Below, one piece after another: positions 1 through 12,025 of a stretch of DNA of 64,000 nt. The translations under genes were made by a program, and so were the position numbers. The first letter of the stretch is position 1. Every line of letters starts with the position of its first letter. The stretch lies in the NCBI GenBank assembly GCA_050951545.1, contig JBMNJG010000012.1, positions 288,001 to 352,000 on the forward strand. The letters are read 5' to 3'. The DNA comes from Limnochordia bacterium (lineage in GTDB: Bacteria > Bacillota > Limnochordia > DTU080). Under the pieces are notes generated by a model. It had not been told where the DNA came from. It worked only from the letters and a program-made list of their open reading frames with translations, and ran no database searches.

Positions 1-1061
1 CCTCCGGCGATCAAGACAACTGGTCGCGAAAAGGAATGCAAAGCAGCTATCGTACCTGTGGGTGTCGTGGCCTTGGAGTCATTGTAGAAGGCTACACCAT
101 CGAGCTCCTGCACGAACTCTAGGCGATGCTCTACCCCTGAGAAGCTTGTAATCACATCATGCATGATGTCCGATGGGCAGTCTGTGAGGTCTGCCACAGT
201 TACGGCAGCTAGTACGTTTTCCAGATTGTGAGCGCCCAGCAAGCGAATGTCTTGTACGTGACAGACTTCCTCGAGATGTCCTGCTCGCGAGATCATCACT
301 CGTTCGCCTATGACACAGGCCCCCCTGCTGGGCTGTTTCGAACGGCTAAACCAGGCGAGCTGCCCCACGGCTTCGGTTCCCATGAGGCGAGTCGTTCTAT
401 TGTCAGAATTGAGGATGAGCCAGTCTTGGGGATTCTGGAACTGAAAGACCCGTTTCTTTGCTGCAATATACTCATCCATATTCCTATGTACGTCTAGGTG
501 ATTCGGCGAGACATTGGTTATCAGAGCGATCTGTGGAGAACGCTGCAACAGTTGCAGTTGGAAGCTTGACAGCTCTAGGAGAACCCAGGTGTCGCTCGAC
601 AGGGCGTCCACTTCTTCGAGCAAGGGTCTGCCGATATTTCCGCCAACATGAGTTGCCAGTCCCGAAGCCGTGAGAATCTCCGCCAGCAGTAGCGTTGTCG
701 TCGTCTTACCGCTCGATCCGGTGATGCCGATGATCGGAGCTCGGCACTCTGAGAAAAACAGGTTCATCTCACTCGACAGCACTACCCCACGGCGCTCCGC
801 TTCTATGAGTGGGGGGAGACTTAGCGGTACCCCAGGCGCCAGCATCAAGTACTCAAAGCGCTCGAGATTGCCGAGGTAGTCTGGGCCAAGCTGAAACTCG
901 ACGCCAAGCGCAGACAACTCGGTGTATCGCTGTCCTAGCGAGCTCTGGCTTTTCTGATCGCAAGCGGTGATTAGAGCACCCTTACTAGCCAGATATCTGG
1001 CAACCGCAACGTTGCTGATACCTAGACCAACGACCGCGACACGCCTGCCTTTCCACGACAC
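1..1061 (-). CDS. murD: UDP-N-acetylmuramoyl-L-alanine--D-glutamate ligase (3' end runs off the window)
   Basis: Not in the ORF track. Manual translation from GTG at 1061 (RBS GAGGTG) gives MSWKGRRVAVVGLGISNVAVARYL..., with P-loop GITGSSGKTTT, LELSSFQL, NHLD, HRLE and YNDSKATTP motifs. Confidence 0.93.
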   Translation of the reverse strand, partial: MSWKGRRVAVVGLGISNVAVARYLASKGALITACDQKSQSSLGQRYTELSALGVEFQLGPDYLGNLERFEYLMLAPGVPLSLPPLIEAERRGVVLSSEMNLFFSECRAPIIGITGSSGKTTTTLLLAEILTASGLATHVGGNIGRPLLEEVDALSSDTWVLLELSSFQLQLLQRSPQIALITNVSPNHLDVHRNMDEYIAAKKRVFQFQNPQDWLILNSDNRTTRLMGTEAVGQLAWFSRSKQPSRGACVIGERVMISRAGHLEEVCHVQDIRLLGAHNLENVLAAVTVADLTDCPSDIMHDVITSFSGVEHRLEFVQELDGVAFYNDSKATTPTGTIAALHSFSRPVVLIAG

Positions 1062-1148
1062 TAGTTCACACCTCACCTTGCGGAACAATCGCTTTAGTGG
1101 GAGACTGATCATTGCCCTCGACAGCTCCTGAACTCTGGGGCACTTGCA

Positions 1149-3317
1149 TTATACGTCTGGTTCTGGCTTAGAGTGCCCAGGGCCCTGATTCTCTAGACGA
1201 AGGGCGAGGGTACTGCTAACCCCGACGTTAGTAGTAGGCAGATAGATGCGCTCTGGAATCTCCTGAAGGCGTTGCCACAATGCTCTTGATTCGGCTTGTG
1301 GCAAAGCAGCATCCTCTGCGACGAATCGAAGTAGCCCGTTGTAAATACCCTGAGCAGCTTTCTGCCGAAAATCCTCGTTGGCAAGGTTCTGCTCCTCCTC
1401 GGAATGGCTGAGGAAGGCTATCTCGACAAGGGCCGCTGGTACCTGTGATGCACGCAAGACGAGCAACTGTACCTGCTTGACGCCGCGGTCTTTGGTACCT
1501 AGGGTCTTGACGAGCTCTGCTTGCAGGCTTCGGGCTAACTCGATGCTACCGTTATCTGAGTTACTATACAGGGTTTCGGTACCGGAAGCTTCACTCTGCT
1601 GAGCGGAGTTGCAGTGAATGCTCACGAATATCTCCGAATTGTGCTGAGCTACCAGCTGAGGCCGGTCCGCCAGCAAGACGAGTCGCTCATCAGGACGCAC
1701 CATTAGTGCTTCTGCTTCTGCTTCTCCCAGCAGAGCGAGCAGTCTCTGTGCGATGTCGAGATTCACATCCGCCTCACGAACCCCCAGCACGCGCCCGATT
1801 GCGCCCGGGTCAGCCCCCCCATGTCCTGCATCCACGGCGACGCGAACACCTGCCAAGGATGCGGGCTCGATGATCACCCCGACAGCCTCTTGCGAGAAGC
1901 GCACAGAGCGTACGGTAGCCTTGGTAGATAGCTCAGCTACTACGCGATAGACCTGGGGTGAAAACTGCCCTGCTCGTAATGCTCGCACCTGCCCTATGCC
2001 AGCAGCCTGGCCGAAAGTCGCTGTTGGCCAAGCGTTAGCAATATCTAGGACAACGCGTTCGGGATCCCGCAGACGCATGATCTGTGCATTGAGGGAGCCT
2101 TTGCCTTCCACAACGACCACGACACGACCGTCCGCTAGACTGACCAGGCTGACTCCACTTACTTCTGACCTCAAGACGAACTCCAGTCTCGAGCCTGGGA
2201 CCTGAAGTGGAAGCTCGGGCAAAGAATCCACGAGGTCTAGGACGATGCGTACGGTCTGCTGGTCAAACTGACTGGCCCGAACCGCTGAGACAAAGGGACC
2301 GGTTACTGGCAGGTGGCGAGCGCCGCCCAGAAGGGTTGTCCCTTGCAGGTCAATGACGATGCGCTCCGGAGCCACCAGCTTGGTCATCTGGTAAGCGGCT
2401 TGCGCAGGGAGACCAAGACGCAAGCTGCCTCCGGCCACTGATGGTGCGAAATCCACCGCCCGCAGCCCCCTGTTGACTCGTACGCGAACTCCGTCAGCTG
2501 TTGCCTCGATCTGGTAGCCGACTGGGTCGTGCAAATCTAGCACGATTCGCCCTTTTCCCTTGAAGGGGGCGACGCGCACCTGCTTTACCCACGGGTGACT
2601 CAGAATCCATGGGGTGGCCCCAACATCAGGTAGGAAGGCGGTGGTGTCGATGACGAGTCGGGCCGGTGCTTCAAGCACCCAAGACTCCAGCGAATCAAAG
2701 CCTATGCCAGTCAGTTCCAGCACTGTTTGCTCGTGCTCCAGCCAGGCTACAGCCTCCAATTGGGTGCCGTTTTGGGCCTGCCATGTGTGCGACATGGTCT
2801 CCGTGGCAGGCTCAGGCACTGGGATGGGAGGAGCAGGCTGCCTGCTAGTGTCTGAAGGCGCGCGGTCTGGCGACGGGATAGGTAAAGGGGCTGGCAGTGC
2901 CTTGTGTAGCAGCCTCACAACCTCATCACCTTGCTCCCATGATACTCCCAGATCCAACAACTCCGACACAAAGAGTAGGGGAAGGAACAGTATGTTCTGC
3001 CGAGAAAGCGCTGTTCCTCCCATCTGCATACCTCTGTCATCTACAGAGGCAGTAGCCTTTCCCGCTTCTACCGTCACAGTTCTCGTCCCTAAGCGAAAAC
3101 GAAGCACAGACTCGGAAAGCTGATCGACTTGCCCTCCCAAGGAGCCGATTACATTAGCGGGAACAAACACGTTGCCCCCACTGACAATCGGCTGTGGGAG
3201 CACGGGCTTTTGATTGGTGCCCACAAACAACTCAATACCCGCAGCTCTGCATGAAAAGGAAATTGACAGGAGCAGTATTAGTGCTGCCAGTAGCCTGAAG
3301 CTGCGCACGAGCATCAC
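1149..3317 (-). CDS. N-acetylmuramoyl-L-alanine amidase: signal peptide, copper-amine-oxidase-like N-terminal domain, 3 AMIN domains, Amidase_3
   Basis: Zn ligands and catalytic motifs DAGHGG, READVN, SIHCN, LVEIAF. Three repeats of P-x-R-[LIV]-V-[IL]-D...VR...Q/F...RIVLDL (AMIN). Confidence 0.9.
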   Translation of the reverse strand: MMLVRSFRLLAALILLLSISFSCRAAGIELFVGTNQKPVLPQPIVSGGNVFVPANVIGSLGGQVDQLSESVLRFRLGTRTVTVEAGKATASVDDRGMQMGGTALSRQNILFLPLLFVSELLDLGVSWEQGDEVVRLLHKALPAPLPIPSPDRAPSDTSRQPAPPIPVPEPATETMSHTWQAQNGTQLEAVAWLEHEQTVLELTGIGFDSLESWVLEAPARLVIDTTAFLPDVGATPWILSHPWVKQVRVAPFKGKGRIVLDLHDPVGYQIEATADGVRVRVNRGLRAVDFAPSVAGGSLRLGLPAQAAYQMTKLVAPERIVIDLQGTTLLGGARHLPVTGPFVSAVRASQFDQQTVRIVLDLVDSLPELPLQVPGSRLEFVLRSEVSGVSLVSLADGRVVVVVEGKGSLNAQIMRLRDPERVVLDIANAWPTATFGQAAGIGQVRALRAGQFSPQVYRVVAELSTKATVRSVRFSQEAVGVIIEPASLAGVRVAVDAGHGGADPGAIGRVLGVREADVNLDIAQRLLALLGEAEAEALMVRPDERLVLLADRPQLVAQHNSEIFVSIHCNSAQQSEASGTETLYSNSDNGSIELARSLQAELVKTLGTKDRGVKQVQLLVLRASQVPAALVEIAFLSHSEEEQNLANEDFRQKAAQGIYNGLLRFVAEDAALPQAESRALWQRLQEIPERIYLPTTNVGVSSTLALRLENQGPGHSKPEPDV

Positions 3318-3444
3318 CTGCTCATCGAGGAGTCACGCATGCTTCCGGCTTGGGCCTCGAAGTTTGCATCAAAGTGATGGATGTGCCGAAAGCAATAGAA
3401 ATAGACTTCGACGTAAAGCGTCGGTAGCCTGCTTCTCCTCGTGA

Positions 3445-3482
3445 ATAGCATACAGGGATTCTCGCGAATCCCTGTATGCTAT
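3445..3482. terminator. Perfect 17-bp inverted repeat after the ABC operon (probable terminator or stabiliser)
   Basis: ATAGCATACAGGGATTC-tcgc-GAATCCCTGTATGCTAT; no clear U-tract. Confidence 0.6.
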
Positions 3483-3514
3483 CGAGCTACTGGCTCTACT
3501 TCAGAACTCCGTCC

Positions 3515-4936
3515 CTACGCCTCAGCTGCAGGCGGCGAGGTGCTCGGCAATTCAGTCCCTTCGGGAAGATCGCTCTTTAGGCTCCGCCGCCAGGCAACGA
3601 CGGCCAGACCGACGAGCAAGGGCAATAGGGGAATCGTGTAGAGCGGCCATGAGGCCACACGCACCGAACGGATCACCCTCTCACTGCCGGGGATCACCGC
3701 TCCCTCAGAGTCGACGAGGCGCATGACATACTTCCCCTTGGCCTCAAGGTCGATCCTAAAGGCCTCAAATGTGGGTTCGCGTTCACTGTACTCGCCCTCT
3801 GCCGGTGGTGTGAACTCTACGATGTTGTACCCCAGAGCGTAGCCAGGGGTCTGCTCTACGTAGTACGGCTTGCGCTCAATGGTTTGCACAACCGCACCGT
3901 CTTTGAGGATCTCGACCTTGGCATCCTCGATCTCCTCTGTATGCACCCACATCCATGCACTGCGAGTGCCCAGACCCTCCAGTGGTTTGTGCAGACTAGA
4001 CATCTTGAGGTACTCGTACTGGTTGTACTCAAGTTCGTGAGCAGGTTTCATGTAGAATGTACGTCTGCCCTCGAGGTAGAGAACCTGACTGCGATCGTCT
4101 GACAGCACAGGCTTTGTCCACTTGCTCTCTGGGATGATCTCATAGCCCACCCCGGAACGCCGTGGCGAGAAGACTACGAGGTTCTTTTGGGTATTCGGAA
4201 CCACTTGCCCGTTGGAGTCGACAAGGCGGACACGGTACTTTCCCGCGGGCAGCTCAAACACAAAAGCTTCTACCGGGCTAGTCACATAGAGCTTCGGTGC
4301 CTCCGGTTGCTGGGGAGAGGCAGGTATTTCCTCAGGTTTGGCATACTTGCCCGTCTTGCGCACCCGTTCGAGGAGCTTGTCCATCTTCTCCTGCCACTTC
4401 GCTTGTGCGTCGTAATATGCTGATACAGCATCGTAGTAATCGTCCTGCAGTTTTTCATAGCGGGCAAATGCCTCGGGTGCTTCTGGGCCTGTGACAAGAT
4501 CGACCTTACTGTAATAGCCCTGTGGATACGAGTAGACGTAGGGGGTTTTCTCAACCGTCTTGTACACTGAGCTCCCTCTGAGAATCTCAAGCTTGCCGTC
4601 TACTTCCTCCTTGGAACCAAACCAGTCTGCCATGTACTCCTGAGTGATGTCCCAGTAATAGATCTCCGAACGCAAGCTGTTCATGATGTTCGTGACATCT
4701 GCCAGAACGTAGATGGTATTGACCTGCCGAGGGGCAAAGCTTCCACCATACTCTTTTCCAGTCCACGGGCTGAGGCTCCACACAAACTGGTGCTCTTTCT
4801 TAGGCGTACCTTGGCCTTCTTTGACCTCTTGCGGTACCTGGGTGACAGATTCACTGGGGTCAGCAGCCCAGACGGACCCAACAGCCAAGAGCATTATGAG
4901 ACAGAACAAGACAAACGGACTTCTGGGGCGCATCAT
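3515..4936 (-). CDS. Hypothetical exported protein with C-terminal membrane anchor, ABC-associated
   Basis: Signal peptide (..AVGSVWA), C-terminal TM helix followed by WRR, internal two-fold repeat; overlaps the permease stop. Confidence 0.8.
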   Translation of the reverse strand: MMRPRSPFVLFCLIMLLAVGSVWAADPSESVTQVPQEVKEGQGTPKKEHQFVWSLSPWTGKEYGGSFAPRQVNTIYVLADVTNIMNSLRSEIYYWDITQEYMADWFGSKEEVDGKLEILRGSSVYKTVEKTPYVYSYPQGYYSKVDLVTGPEAPEAFARYEKLQDDYYDAVSAYYDAQAKWQEKMDKLLERVRKTGKYAKPEEIPASPQQPEAPKLYVTSPVEAFVFELPAGKYRVRLVDSNGQVVPNTQKNLVVFSPRRSGVGYEIIPESKWTKPVLSDDRSQVLYLEGRRTFYMKPAHELEYNQYEYLKMSSLHKPLEGLGTRSAWMWVHTEEIEDAKVEILKDGAVVQTIERKPYYVEQTPGYALGYNIVEFTPPAEGEYSEREPTFEAFRIDLEAKGKYVMRLVDSEGAVIPGSERVIRSVRVASWPLYTIPLLPLLVGLAVVAWRRSLKSDLPEGTELPSTSPPAAEA

Positions 4937-5766
4937 CGCTTAACCCCCCTGCGATCAAAGATGGTCACGGCGGCCCCAAGCAGAACCGTCGTATAGATCA
5001 ATGACGAGATGATACTCAGCAGATACTGTCCGAAATTCCCCTGGTTCACAGCCACCATGCCCCGCACGAAATAGGCAAGCGGTGAAATCCACTGCACCAG
5101 AACGTTGATGTTATCAAGGATCAAACGAGTGTAGAGAAGCACTGTGGTCAAGTTCTTCCCGGGCAGCGACATGATCAAGCTATGTGCTCCCCAGAAAATA
5201 ACAAAGAAAAGCACGAGTGAGATAAACAACACCACAGCGAAGATGGTTCGTTTGGCCGCCGCCGACAGGAAGATGCCGAAGGCGATCATACATGACGCCA
5301 GAAACACAGACAGAATGAGGAGTCCGAAGAAGTTGCCTGAGAACCCCAAGTTAGTTAGCTGCGATAGCAGGAAGAAGTTGACCAAGCTAAAGGCCAGCAC
5401 AACAAGAAACGTCAGGACTTGCTGGGAGTACTTGCCCAGGACATAGGAGACTGAATCGACCGGCCCGTAAAACAGAACTTCCAGCGTCCCCTGCTCTCGC
5501 TCTCGTGAGATAGCAATGGCCGAGCATAGTCCCAGATAGGTTGCCGCCAGGAAAACCGTAAGGTAGAACGGCGATGTGATGGGGTTAGGTAACGCTTCTA
5601 GACCGTTGTTGACGACATTTAGCAAGGAGACGCGAATAGAGCCATACGCTGTGAGCAAGAAGATCACGAACAAAACCACGTAGAGTCCCAACCCATACAG
5701 GGTCGAGAACAGCTCGCGTTTTGCCGTGACCTTGATGGCGTTGGCTCGGTACGACGAAGTATTCAT
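4933..5766 (-). CDS. ABC-2 type transporter permease
   Basis: About 6 TM helices; ISREREQGTLEVLFYGP...VLGKY motif. Confidence 0.88.
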   Translation of the reverse strand: MNTSSYRANAIKVTAKRELFSTLYGLGLYVVLFVIFLLTAYGSIRVSLLNVVNNGLEALPNPITSPFYLTVFLAATYLGLCSAIAISREREQGTLEVLFYGPVDSVSYVLGKYSQQVLTFLVVLAFSLVNFFLLSQLTNLGFSGNFFGLLILSVFLASCMIAFGIFLSAAAKRTIFAVVLFISLVLFFVIFWGAHSLIMSLPGKNLTTVLLYTRLILDNINVLVQWISPLAYFVRGMVAVNQGNFGQYLLSIISSLIYTTVLLGAAVTIFDRRGVKR

Positions 5767-6710
5767 GCGGTCGCGCCCTCCTTCGTGAGAAGCGTGATAT
5801 TCTTCTCCGTAATAGTGACAAAGGCTTCTTCAAGTGTCATCTCATGGCGACGCATCGATACAGTGACACCGCCAGCACCTGCGATGGCCCGTGATATCTC
5901 AGCACGGTAATCCTTGTCAGCCTTGGTTGTTACGGTGTACTTGGCACTTGCTCCCTGCACTTTGGTGATGAATGGCAACGCACCTAGAACCTTGCTAAGC
6001 TCCTCGAGAGGTGTCTCCAGTTCAATAGAGATCTCCGTTTCCTCTGTGAGGCGACGGCGGAGGTCGCTCATTGAGTCCTCAGCCACTAGGCGGCCCTTGT
6101 TCAGGATCCCAATGCGGTCGCAAGTCCTCTCAATCTCCGAGAGTATGTGTGACGAGATAAAGAATGTGCGTCCTCTGTGGTTTTCTTCCATGATAATATC
6201 CCGAACTTCTTTAATGCCATAGGGGTCTAGTGATGAAACAGGCTCGTCAAGAATGACAAGCTCAGGATCGTGCAACATAGCCCGCGCCAGGCCGAGCTTT
6301 TGCTTCATACCTTTGGAGTATCCGGCGAGCAGTTCGTGTTTTCGGTGATCGAGATTGAAAAGCCCTAGGGTGTTGGTGATCCGGTTGTCGATGTCATCTA
6401 CCTGGTAAAGCTGACCGAAAAACCGCAGATACTCGTATGCGGTCATTTCTTCATAGAGATACTGAAACTCGGACAGAACCCCGATGCGTCGTTTGACACT
6501 GAAATAATCAGATGTCAGATCTGTGCCAAAAAGACGCACCGTACCAGCAGTGGGCTTGAGCAAGCCCAGAATCATCATAGCTGTTGTGGTCTTACCTGCT
6601 CCGTTGGGCCCGAGAAAGCCGTAGATTTCTCCCTGTTCCACGTGGATGTTGAGGTTTTCCACGGCTGTTAGTTGCCCAAACCGCTTGGTAAGGCCTTCTG
6701 TTCGGATCAT
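5763..6710 (-). CDS. ABC transporter ATP-binding protein (ABC-2 exporter type)
   Basis: GPNGAGKTT, YSKGMKQ, ILDEP, SSH; start set at ATG 6710 after RBS GAGGAGG. Confidence 0.93.
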   Translation of the reverse strand: MIRTEGLTKRFGQLTAVENLNIHVEQGEIYGFLGPNGAGKTTTAMMILGLLKPTAGTVRLFGTDLTSDYFSVKRRIGVLSEFQYLYEEMTAYEYLRFFGQLYQVDDIDNRITNTLGLFNLDHRKHELLAGYSKGMKQKLGLARAMLHDPELVILDEPVSSLDPYGIKEVRDIIMEENHRGRTFFISSHILSEIERTCDRIGILNKGRLVAEDSMSDLRRRLTEETEISIELETPLEELSKVLGALPFITKVQGASAKYTVTTKADKDYRAEISRAIAGAGGVTVSMRRHEMTLEEAFVTITEKNITLLTKEGATA

Positions 6711-6999
6711 GGCGGCTAACCCTCCTCTTTGAGCTGCAGTATTGACATGAGCGCCCGACATTCAGGTTACGAAACAGCCACTTGCAGGGTGGGCACCCAT
6801 GCGTTGACTCCCTAAGCAAGCCACTTGACGAAGTAGAACGCTAGGCCATCGCTCCGTCCCAATGGCCATCTGCAGATTCGCCGCGTAGGCTATTGCTGCA
6901 TATATGGTCCCTATATTCGCTGTCTTCTTGGTATCCCCTTTCTGCAGAGTGTACCATGATTGGTGTGATTGTCCATTGTGCCGTTTTGGAGTTGTGCCA

Positions 7000-7040
7000 A
7001 TCACGAAAAGCTCTGCATGTTGTGGCAGAGCTTTCGTGAT
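7000..7040 (-). terminator. Hairpin immediately 3' of tmRNA
   Basis: ATCACGAAAGCTCTGC...GCAGAGCTTTTCGTGAT on the minus strand. Confidence 0.7.
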
Positions 7041-7041
7041 A

Positions 7042-7400
7042 TGGTGGAGGCGGCGGGGAGTCGCACCCCGCGTCCGACCAGGAACCAACAGCACTTTCTC
7101 CGGGCGCAGCTTCCCGTTAGTTTCGCCTTCTGGATGGCCGGGAAGCTTGCCTTCCAGAAAGCTATCTCGGTTTAGTGTCGATCCTTTCCTCCGAGCGTAG
7201 GAAAGGGGACCAAGCCTGTTTTAATGACGCCCTTTTCCGCAATCACAGGCCCATCGCGGAGAGGACGGCGACCTATTCTCTAGGCCGCGAGTGCGTACTG
7301 ATTGTTGGCAGTTGTGTTTCTTGCCGCTGTTTATCGAGACCGCGGCGATCTCGGCCCGCTTATACTGCCTGAACGCTGACCGTCGAGCCTACTCGCCCCC
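7042..7400 (-). ncRNA. ssrA: tmRNA, 359 nt, tag (A)ANNQYALAA
   Basis: 5' GGGGGCG pairs with 3' CGCCTCC-ACCA including the G3-U alanine determinant. Tag frame GCC AAC AAT CAG TAC GCA CTC GCG GCC TAG at 7309-7280. Adjacent to smpB. Confidence 0.97.
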
Positions 7401-7892
7401 ATACTGACGTTGGGAGTCACGCTTGAGTGAACGACTGACTTCACGTAGTGTTTCCCGTTTGGCAATAGCCTCGCGCTTATCCCACTGTCGTTTTCCACGA
7501 GCAAGTGCTAGCTCTACCTTGGCATACCCTTGGGGTGTGAAGTAGGCCCGCAAAGGAATCAGAGTAATGCCTTGCTCGCGCGTCTTGCCTATGAGACGTC
7601 GAATCTCAGAGCGGTGCAATAGCAGCTTGCGCGGACGTGTGGGTTCATGATTCCAGCGATTACCGTGAGTGTAGGGAGCTATGTGCGCGTTATACAACAG
7701 CACTTCGTTTCCCTCTATGCGAGCAAAGCTGTCCTGCAGGCTCATTTTCCCGGCACGCATTGACTTGACCTCAGTGCCCCAAAGAGCGATGCCAGCCTCT
7801 AGAGTTTCCTCGATATGGTAGTCGTGACGAGCCTTCCGGTTCGTGGCGACAAGCTTTTCCGGCTGGTGGTTAGATGAACCCGTTGTAGACAA
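7389..7892 (-). CDS. smpB: SsrA-binding protein SmpB
   Basis: NRKARHDY, EAGIALWGTEVKS, RKLLLHRSEI, GKRQWDKRE; TTG start with RBS GGAGG. Confidence 0.97.
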   Translation of the reverse strand: MSTTGSSNHQPEKLVATNRKARHDYHIEETLEAGIALWGTEVKSMRAGKMSLQDSFARIEGNEVLLYNAHIAPYTHGNRWNHEPTRPRKLLLHRSEIRRLIGKTREQGITLIPLRAYFTPQGYAKVELALARGKRQWDKREAIAKRETLREVSRSLKRDSQRQYGGE

Positions 7893-7921
7893 CCAGAAAA
7901 CCTCCCTGCCACCGCATGCGT

Positions 7922-7949
7922 ATTATACCATCTCGCCTACGACAGTCAA
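7922..7949 (-). promoter_or_regulatory. Sigma-A promoter of smpB-ssrA
   Basis: TTGACT-16 nt-TATAAT with extended TG. Confidence 0.75.
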
Positions 7950-7987
7950 GCAGGCATCCGGTTACGTCACCAGATCCGGTTAGATCA

Positions 7988-8212
7988 CTAGATGATGATA
8001 GCTAAGACCATGGAGAGCACCATGAAAGCTATCGCGGCAGCCGTGGTTGCCTTTTCGAGACCAGCGTCAAGCCCTTTGGCCTTGTCAAAGAACATCTGGG
8101 CCCCTCCGCCTATCGAACCCAGTCCCTCACCTGCACTTTGCTGCAGCAGGACAACGAAGATAAGGAAGACAGCGACGATAAACTGGATAACCATCAGAAC
8201 TGTTAGAAGCAC
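7988..8212 (-). CDS. secG: Preprotein translocase subunit SecG
   Basis: Two TM helices, VLLQ...GLGSIGGG; GTG start at 8212 after GAGGTG. Confidence 0.92.
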   Translation of the reverse strand: MLLTVLMVIQFIVAVFLIFVVLLQQSAGEGLGSIGGGAQMFFDKAKGLDAGLEKATTAAAIAFMVLSMVLAIII

Positions 8213-8244
8213 GATGAACACCTCGACCTGCATTCTGCTGACGT

Positions 8245-8273
8245 AGTATAGCACACTCCGGCTCGAGTCACAA
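8245..8273 (-). promoter_or_regulatory. Sigma-A promoter of secG
   Basis: TTGTGA-17 nt-TATACT with extended TG. Confidence 0.55.
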
Positions 8274-8324
8274 CCCCGAGGCCCTCCATGTGACCCCGGG
8301 GTTGCATGCTTTTTCTTGATATGC

Positions 8325-11170
<2,846 letters not shown>

Positions 11171-11230
11171 GCTCTTTCTCCTTTGGTGGGTTGGGGGGAG
11201 CACAGAAGTGCTCCCCTCCAAACGGCCCTA

Positions 11231-11983
11231 TCAGTATTTCACGATCTGAGCGAATGAAGAGGCGTCTAGGCTGGCACCGCCCACCAAGGCCCCATCGATC
11301 TGTGACTGAGACATGAACTCTTTTATGTTCGCTGCCTTCACGCTGCCACCATACAGGATACGGATGTCAGCAGCCGTTTGGGCTCCAAAGAGTTCGCCCA
11401 AGGTGTTCCGGATGAAAGCGATAACTGCGTTCGCGTCTTCTCCCGTGGCGTTGAGCCCCGTACCGATGGCCCATACGGGTTCGTAGGCGATGACAAGCCG
11501 ATCCGGTGATTCTACGTTCAGGCCATCCAGTCCCTGAACCAGCTGTGTGTGTATGAGATCCTCTGTTTGTCCTGTCTGACGCTGCTGCTGTGTCTCACCT
11601 ACACAGACAATGAGCCCGAGATCATGCGTTCTCGCCGCCTTTGCTTTCTTGTTGACGGTGTCATCAGACTCCCCAAAGAACTGCCTTCGCTCGGAGTGAC
11701 CGATAATGCAGTACTCCACCCCTACATCGACCAACATGGCTGGCGAGATCTCTCCTGTAAAGGCTCCTTCAGCCTCCCAGAAAAGATCCTGGGCCCCCAG
11801 TTTGATACCGGAGCCGCGCAGCACCTCCCCCACTGCCTGAAGAGCAGTGAAAGTGGGACAGACTACCATGTCCCTGTTCTCGACCTCATCAGCAAGCATG
11901 ACTTTCAGCTGTTTGACCAAGCGCACAGCCTCAGGTATCGTCTTGTGCATTTTCCAGTTACCGGCGATAAATGGCCTACGCAT
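11231..11983 (-). CDS. tpiA: Triosephosphate isomerase
   Basis: AGNWKM, GHSERR, AYEPVWAIGTG, YGGSV, LVGGASL. Confidence 0.99.
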   Translation of the reverse strand: MRRPFIAGNWKMHKTIPEAVRLVKQLKVMLADEVENRDMVVCPTFTALQAVGEVLRGSGIKLGAQDLFWEAEGAFTGEISPAMLVDVGVEYCIIGHSERRQFFGESDDTVNKKAKAARTHDLGLIVCVGETQQQRQTGQTEDLIHTQLVQGLDGLNVESPDRLVIAYEPVWAIGTGLNATGEDANAVIAFIRNTLGELFGAQTAADIRILYGGSVKAANIKEFMSQSQIDGALVGGASLDASSFAQIVKY

Positions 11984-12025
11984 TGCACTAACCTGCTTTC
12001 TACTGCAACTTGCCCCGGTTTCCGT

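Noticed and set aside
3318-7042. Genomic island integrated at the tmRNA 3' end
   Set aside because: I found no integrase and no duplicated ssrA 3' end (CCGCCTCCACCA) downstream.
6762-7372. Small ORFs over the ssrA region
   Set aside because: They are explained by tmRNA, its terminator and the ABC promoter region.
8271-8304. Hairpin between eno and secG as a novel element
   Set aside because: It is most simply a terminator or stabiliser overlapping the secG -35 box.
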